Shown: positions 57,083 through 64,000 of the stretch, in pieces
Numbering within the stretch: the stretch's first letter is position 1
How the letters are laid out: every line of letters begins with the position of its first letter
Assembly (NCBI GenBank): GCA_964016885.1
Contig: OZ024740.1
Coordinates: forward strand, 347,634,001 to 347,698,000
Direction: 5' to 3'
Source: Eledone cirrhosa
Lineage: Eukaryota
Length of the DNA: 64,000 nucleotides
Translations under genes and position numbers: made by a program
The notes under the pieces: generated by a model
Databases searched by the model: none
What the model was told of the DNA's origin: nothing
Seen by the model: the letters and a program-made list of their open reading frames with translations, nothing else

Positions 57083-57157
<75 letters not shown>

Positions 57158-57162
57158 GAATA

Positions 57163-58375
57163 AAGTTAATATATCTGAGGGTACAAGGTACCCCTAGAAA
57201 TACATAGGTTGTCTATGATTCAAGGTGGTTCGATGGTAATAATTTGATATACCAGAACTTAATATCAAGATAAGCAGAACAAGTAAAATTCAACCAATTT
57301 TTCAAAATAAATCAAAATTAATTTACAATTAAAATTAATCAAAATTAAAAAAATATAATATAAATATTTACCTATTCAAATGGCCCTTACTGTACAGTTT
57401 CACTTTGCAAAACATTAGATATCACATGGATATTAATGGGAAAACAAAGATCATCAGAGAAGCATTTTCCTTTCCTAGGGTTAAAAACCTCAGGAACGAT
57501 AAAATATATGACCTCGTCTCCAACTGACACAGGTCTGAAAGGTCGTAAAAGTGACCCGTATGTAGGCTGGTGTGAAGTGAAGGCGGGAAATCGTAGACTT
57601 GTTGTCTATATATTTTATCGTTCCTGAGGTTTTTAACCCTAGGAAAGGAAAATGCTTCTCTGATGATCTTTGTTTTTCCATTAATATCCATGTGATATCT
57701 AATGTTTTGCAAAATGAAACTGTACAGTAAGGGTCATTTGAATAGGTAAATATTTATATTATATTTTTTAATTTTGATTAATTTTAATTGTAAATTAATT
57801 TTGATTTATTTTGAAAAATTGGTTGAATTTTACTTGTTCTGCTTATCTTGATATTAAGTTCTGGTATATCAAATTATTACCATAGAACCACCTTGAATCA
57901 TAGACAATCTATGTATTTCTAGGGGTACCTTGTACCCTCAGATATATTACCTTTATTCATTAATCTCCGTTATGTAGAGAACAAATCTGTCGTTCTATCT
58001 AGCTGCTAAAATTTTTTTAGTGGCGACTATAGACAACAAGTCTACGATTTCCCGCCTTCACTTCACACCAGCCTAAATACGGGTCACTTTTACGACCTTT
58101 CAGACCTGTGTCAGTTGGAGACGAGGTCATATATTTTATCGTTCCTGAGGTTTTTAACCCTAGGAAAGGAAAATGCTTCTCTGATGATCTTTGTTTTTCC
58201 ATTAATATCCATATGATATCTAATATTTTGCAAAGTGAAACTGTACAGTAAGGGCCATTTGAATAGGTAAATATTTATATTATATTTTTTAATTTTGATT
58301 AATTTTAATTGTAAATTAATTTTGATTTATTTTGAAAAATTGGTTGAATTTTACTTCTTCTGCTTATTTTGATAT
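57163..58375. mobile_element. Foldback element (palindrome ~57163-57952) plus an extra inverted unit; same family as 13668-14722
   Basis: aatatatctgagggtacaaggtacccctagaaa ... tttctaggggtaccttgtaccctcagatatatt. 57960-58375 is a further reverse copy. Confidence 0.8.
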
Positions 58376-58394
58376 ATATATATATATATATATA

Positions 58395-59760
58395 TGGAAA
58401 AGAATGAAACGAAATTTCATTTCTGACTCTTAGTACGGCTGATACTTAAATATAGGTATGTATACGTACATACATATATGTATACAGACGTACAGTAGTA
58501 TATATATATATATACATACATGCACACATACATATATGTACGTATGGGTTTACCGAACATTTATTATAATGTTCGGTTTGTTTGTAAACAAACAGCCCGA
58601 ATTAAGCCGTACAGTGTTCGGCAACCATCGTTCAACACTGACAAAGGAACGATTAACTAGTTTCAAGCTTATTAGCTATCGTCAGCATCGTATACCTTCC
58701 TGTCAGATGATATAACCTTTGAAAGTATCTACTTTCCTTATGCATATTAACGCCTGAGCTGCGTAATTTGCATATCGAGTGAGTTAGTCGGCCGGGCGTA
58801 CAGAAAACGATAATAGAAAAGAATGAAACGAAATTTCATTTCTCATTCTTAGTACAGCTGATACTTAAATAGAAGTATCTATACGTACATACATATATGT
58901 ATACAGACGTACAGTAGTATGTATATATATATACATACATGCACACATATATGTATGTACGTATGGGTTTAGCGAACATTTATTATAATGCTCGGTTTGT
59001 TTGTAAACAAACAACCCGAATTACGCCATACAGTGTTCAGGCAACCATCGTCAACTTTTTGTTCAACACTGACACAGGAACGATGTACTTGTTTCAAGCT
59101 TATTAGCTATCGTCAACATCGTATACCTTTCTGTCGGATGGTTGAACGTTTGAAAGTATATACTTTCCTTATGCATATTAACGGCTGAGCAGCCTAATTT
59201 GCATATCGATTTAGTTAGTCGGCCGGGCGCACCGAAAACAATAAATGGAAAAGAATGAAACGAAATTTCATTTCTCACTCTTAGTACGGTTGGTACTTAA
59301 TTGTAAATGTAAGTATGTATGTATACGTACATACATATATTTATACAGACGTACAGTAGTATGTATATATATACATACATGCATACACATATATATATGT
59401 ACGTATGGGTTTACCGAACATTTATTATAATGCTCGGTTTGTTTGTAAACAAACAACCCGAATTACGCCATACAGTGTTCAGGCAACCATCGTCACCTTT
59501 TTGTTCAACACTGACACAGGAACGATGTACTAGTTTCAAGCTTATTAGCTATCGTCAGCATCGTATACCTTTCTATCAGATGGTTGAACGTCTGAAAGTA
59601 TATACTTTCCTTATACATATTAACGGCTGAGCAGCCTAACTTTCATATCGAGTAAGTTAGTCGGCCGGGCGTACCGAAAACGATAAATGGAAAAGAATGA
59701 AACGAAATTTCATTTCTCGCTCTTAGTACGGATGGCACTTAAATGTAAGTGTGTATGTAT
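58395..59760 (+). repeat. ~430-bp tandem repeat, 3 copies plus a partial copy, in gene 2 intron 2
   Basis: gaaaagaatgaaacgaaatttcatttct occurs at ~58397, ~58816, ~59248 and ~59690. Gene 1 has a single copy at 26470-26935. Confidence 0.9.
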
Positions 59761-60079
59761 ACATATATATATAAGTGTCTTACGGTATTCGTGTGGTTTA
59801 CCTTCTTTGAGCACCCACGAAGAGTGAAAAACAGCGAATATTGGACGTGGTCCATAAAATGCCTATAAACATCACAATATAACGTATAATATAAAAACAA
59901 GTGGTGTCGTCTTATGCGAAGGGGCGGCCAATAGAGCGGTATATTGTTATTAATAATTTAGCGCTAAAATATATATATATTGCCAGTAAAAAAACATAAA
60001 AAATTTGCGGAGGGTATTTCCGCGAATAACCGGGACCGCGAATGTCAGATGTACGCTGTATATATGTATATATATATAT

Positions 60080-60169
<90 letters not shown>

Positions 60170-60451
60170 CTTTCATTATTTTACTTTCATTCGAGGTTAA
60201 CTTTGTCTTTCATCCTTACGGGGTCGATAAAATAAAGTACCAGTAATGTACTGGGTAATTGCTGGCCTTGTGCCTAAAGTAGAAACAATTATTTTACTAT
60301 CTAATTGTCATGAAATAGTAAATTAATAGTTACTTTTATATTTTTCAAAAATATTTATTTTGTATGTGTATGAGTGTGTGTGTTTGTGGTCGCTTGTGTG
60401 TGACCATGGGCATCTAATCATGTTACCGTTTGTTGCTTTTTTTTATTACAG

Positions 60452-60503
60452 AGGCACAACATTGCCGAATGTCGTAAAGAAACATGATGGTATTTGCAAA
60501 TGA
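60452..60503 (+). CDS. Kazal gene 2, exon 3 (RGTTLPNVVKKHDGICK*)
   Basis: ttttattacag| acceptor, phase 2, supplies the sixth Cys. Completes a 73-aa protein. Confidence 0.9.
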
Positions 60504-60548
60504 AACGCCTGCCAATATCCGTGAACATTTTCGAATTTAAGATATATA

Positions 60549-60571
60549 AATAAAAAGAATGAATAAATAAA
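60549..60571 (+). terminator. Polyadenylation signals of Kazal gene 2
   Basis: AATAAA at 60549 and ~60562. Confidence 0.7.
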
Positions 60572-61974
60572 CTGCTTTTGTTCTTTCTAAATCTAAGTAA
60601 CATTTATCTATTTGCAAATTGCGTTTAAAATATCATAAAGTAATACGTTAAAGGACAAATAAAAAGGAAGATAGAAATATGGGATGGGAAAGCTCTACGT
60701 TCTTGGACAAGTTGACAAAAGCGTTGCTTTGGAGAAAATTTAAGAGAACCAACTTCATCAGCTATTTCACCTCAGGAGGCTCCTTACTCAGTCATGGTGC
60801 ACTTGTTCCAATATTGCGGGGTAAACAGCTGTCCGGGAACATTGAAGAGCTCAATGGCGGCTTGCTAGTGAAGGGTGGATCCTAAATTTGGGACCGAAGT
60901 GATTAGGGTTGCATTGAAGAGATGGAACGTTCTAGGCGAGGGATTTACCTCCCTGAAACGGGAAAATGGTAGTCTCATTAAGCCAAGACACATATGTGAA
61001 GTAAACTGGAAAGTGGTATCTGAGATATTCAGAGTATTCTGACGAGAGAAATACAGCAAAGTTAAAGTAAAATTCAGGTTCCATAATAGGAGACATTATA
61101 ACACCAAATAAAGACAGCGTCGTATTATTACAAGAAATAGATGTAACAAAACAAAAAAAAGTATCAGTGGGGTTAATTGAAATTACGAATCCTTTTGTGT
61201 CGTTGATGATAGAATTTGTACATAATTAGGCAACATACAGACATACACGATGGCTGCAAACTCTGCTAAGAGTATTACAATCGCATGTCAGATTACAGAG
61301 TTCATTGCACTTTTAGGCTACGGCCAGCCATACGAACCCGTAACAGATTCTCCACAAGTGAAGCCTGCGCTTTTAAGGTGTTTTTTAAGTGAGTAAAGGC
61401 TTGCACTCGACCAATCCCACTCTCTGAGCATCAAAAAAACTACCCGATAAGGAGAACTGGTCAACATCATCAGATGCTTCCGAAGCTGCAGATTTGTTTT
61501 CAGAGTTTCCCTCTCTTAAAAAGGTATTATGACAACAACTGGGGGTGTTACACTCCCACGAGAAAAAAAAGTACTAGTTGGATGGCCGTTGACACCAAAT
61601 ATCCCCCTGCTCACCATGCAAGCGTGCTGAGGTTGCCGGATTAGTAGCAGACGTCCCAGAGACAGGTAGTACTGGGTTACATGTTACTAGTAGCACTCGA
61701 GAGAGACCTAATATACAGACACACACAGACACACACACACACACACATACAATGGGAGATTAATTCAGGTATAAATTTGATACTTGAAAAGAGAAAAAAA
61801 CATGACAATATTTTTTTAAAAAACCAAAGAAAGAAACTCTGCTTACGAGGATATCGTTGGAGACGTCTACGACCAATTAAAACCCTATATTTTGTGTAAA
61901 CAAGAACAAAACAACTACACTCCTCATCAACAGAGAGATAGAGAAGGAGAAAGAGAGAGAGAGAGAGTAAGAGA

Positions 61975-62042
<68 letters not shown>

Positions 62043-63074
62043 AAATAGAAATGTATCACTTATGATGTCACAGATGTTTACGAAAGAACTATGAGAGACT
62101 ATATTTATATCTATATTTACTCATTTAATGATAAACATTGATTGCTAGCTGAATTAACCATAGAGATATTAAATATACTGAATCGAAACCCAGCCCAAAC
62201 CAAACAGTAAGTGTGTTTCAATATATATTTCTTGCAATATTATAACAACATCACCCTCCCCAAATATAACAATATTTGTTTCAATATATTTGTTTCAACG
62301 ATTTCATATCAAAAACCTTGCAAAACAAATTCATCGCCGATATTTGGAAAGAGTGCAAGTAAAACTCTTCAAGTTGATCACCCTGACAGAAGAATTGAGA
62401 GTTGTCAGCGAGAAACTCCGATATTAGAACAGAGTTATTGGAAGGAAATCAGTCTATAGATCTGAGATGCAAATCAATAAACCTCAATGAGACATCGTAC
62501 CAAGGAAATAGATTCATTCTAGAGGAAATATGGGGTGAGAAAAAGAATGTCAACCAAGATGCAATGTGGTTAAAAGATCTCCGAACGAACTATTAGCCCT
62601 GCCTTATACCAAACATTTACAGCATCATGATACACTTGGGTCTGTGTCTGAAAATCTTCAAGGTAACAAAGCACAAGGAAGAGATTTGATTGTCGGCTAT
62701 TGGTACGAAATGTGACATTCTATCGGGTGTATCTTATCAACCTCTACCAATAAACTATCTATGTTTGATATTAGCAGAGATGAGATTGATTCCCCAAAAT
62801 AAAAATACCTACTTAGCAACTCGACTCGTGACAACGTACATGGTGAAGAAGTTATAATAAGGATACAGGCAGGCCAAAGGGATTGGTAGAAATAGCAGTT
62901 CGTTTGGTCTAAAATAAAGCAGCTGTACTAAAATATAATGCTAGTAGCAGAAGTACTTAAGATTTTGATTAATACATATTGATGTTTTTTTACACTTGAA
63001 TTAGTGTATATATATATGTGTATGTGTGTGTGTGTGTGTGCATATATATAAATATATATATATATATATAGTAT

Positions 63075-64000
63075 ATTAGGGAGAGGATCAGGGGTGTATA
63101 ACACTCCACTTATCCAACAGGCAGTATAAGGTTAGCTCGATGTCTGAGGACAGAGCCGTGATATAATCAACAACAAAGAACGCCTATAGCATATGCATAT
63201 CTTTACTTGCTAACATTGTTTCATCCGCACTATAAGTGGGACTCATCAGAGCATAAAGGTTGATTACATATCACACAAGCAATAACAAATCCAAGACATT
63301 GAAGAAATAAAGAATAAAAAATAATAAAAGATAAAAAATATTGAGGAAGTAAAAATAAAAATAAACATTGAAAAATAAACATTGAAAAATAAACATTGAA
63401 CAATAATTGAAAAATAAGGGGTGCTATCAGTCGCAGTTGGGCGGGGTGCTGTCAACATATAGTTACATACAAGCATACACATGGATAAGAGAACAGACAA
63501 GAATAGATAAGATAGATAGGAGTAGGTAAGAATAAATAAAAAAATAGGTGAAAAATAGGTAAAAAATAGACATATAATATATATAAGAAAATATAAAAAA
63601 CATACATATGAAATATACAGATAATAGTGATACAGGGTAAGGAATGAAGTAAAATAAAATAAAATTAAATTAAAATTAAAATTATATAAAATAAAATATA
63701 ATATAATATAATAATAAAATAAGATAAAATAAAATAAAATAAAATAAAATAAAATAAAATAAAATAAAATAAAATAAAATAAAATAAAATAAAATAATAT
63801 AATATAAGATATAATTAAATAAAATTAAATAAATAAAATTAAATATAATTAAATGAAATAAAATAAAATAAAATAAAGTAAATTGAGATAAGATATATAT
63901 TTTTTTAGAATATATTTCTTGAATATATCAGGGGCCCACGAAGGCCCTAAGTGTCACAGTTATCAGTATCACTTGACCATTGCAATGCAATGGAGACGTC
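63075..64000 (-). mobile_element. Probable Penelope-like 3' end (low-complexity UTR + hammerhead)
   Basis: Inferred from the hammerhead and its T-rich upstream context on the minus strand. No coding motif is visible in the window. Confidence 0.45.
63201..63258 (-). ncRNA. Type I hammerhead ribozyme with canonical core
   Basis: Reverse complement: ctttatgct CTGATGA GTCC-CACT tat AGTG-c-GGAT GAAAC aat GTT agcaagtaaag. Confidence 0.8.

Overview
Eukaryotic, AT-rich, microsatellite- and transposon-dense DNA. The SINE families and repeat style suggest an octopus or other coleoid cephalopod (inference, not verified). The only host genes I can support are two tandem, three-exon, secreted single-domain Kazal-type protease inhibitor genes on the + strand: gene 1 at 16325-38522 and gene 2 at 52962-60503. 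The ORF track misses both. They arose by a segmental duplication (~16120-41130 versus ~52755-63030). Gene 1 has since been loaded with RTE, Penelope-like, R4/Dong-like and L1/Tx1-like retroelements. Its last coding exon is present twice, on either side of a Tx1-like LINE, inside an ~860 bp direct duplication. The window also holds Buster-type hAT elements with clear 8-bp TSDs, Helitron-like and CRE-like remnants, at least eight intact or degenerate type I hammerhead ribozyme motifs linked to Penelope-like ends, and many foldback palindromes. Most short ORFs in the track are microsatellite artefacts. All calls are by eye, with no database searches; transposon boundaries are approximate unless TSDs are given.
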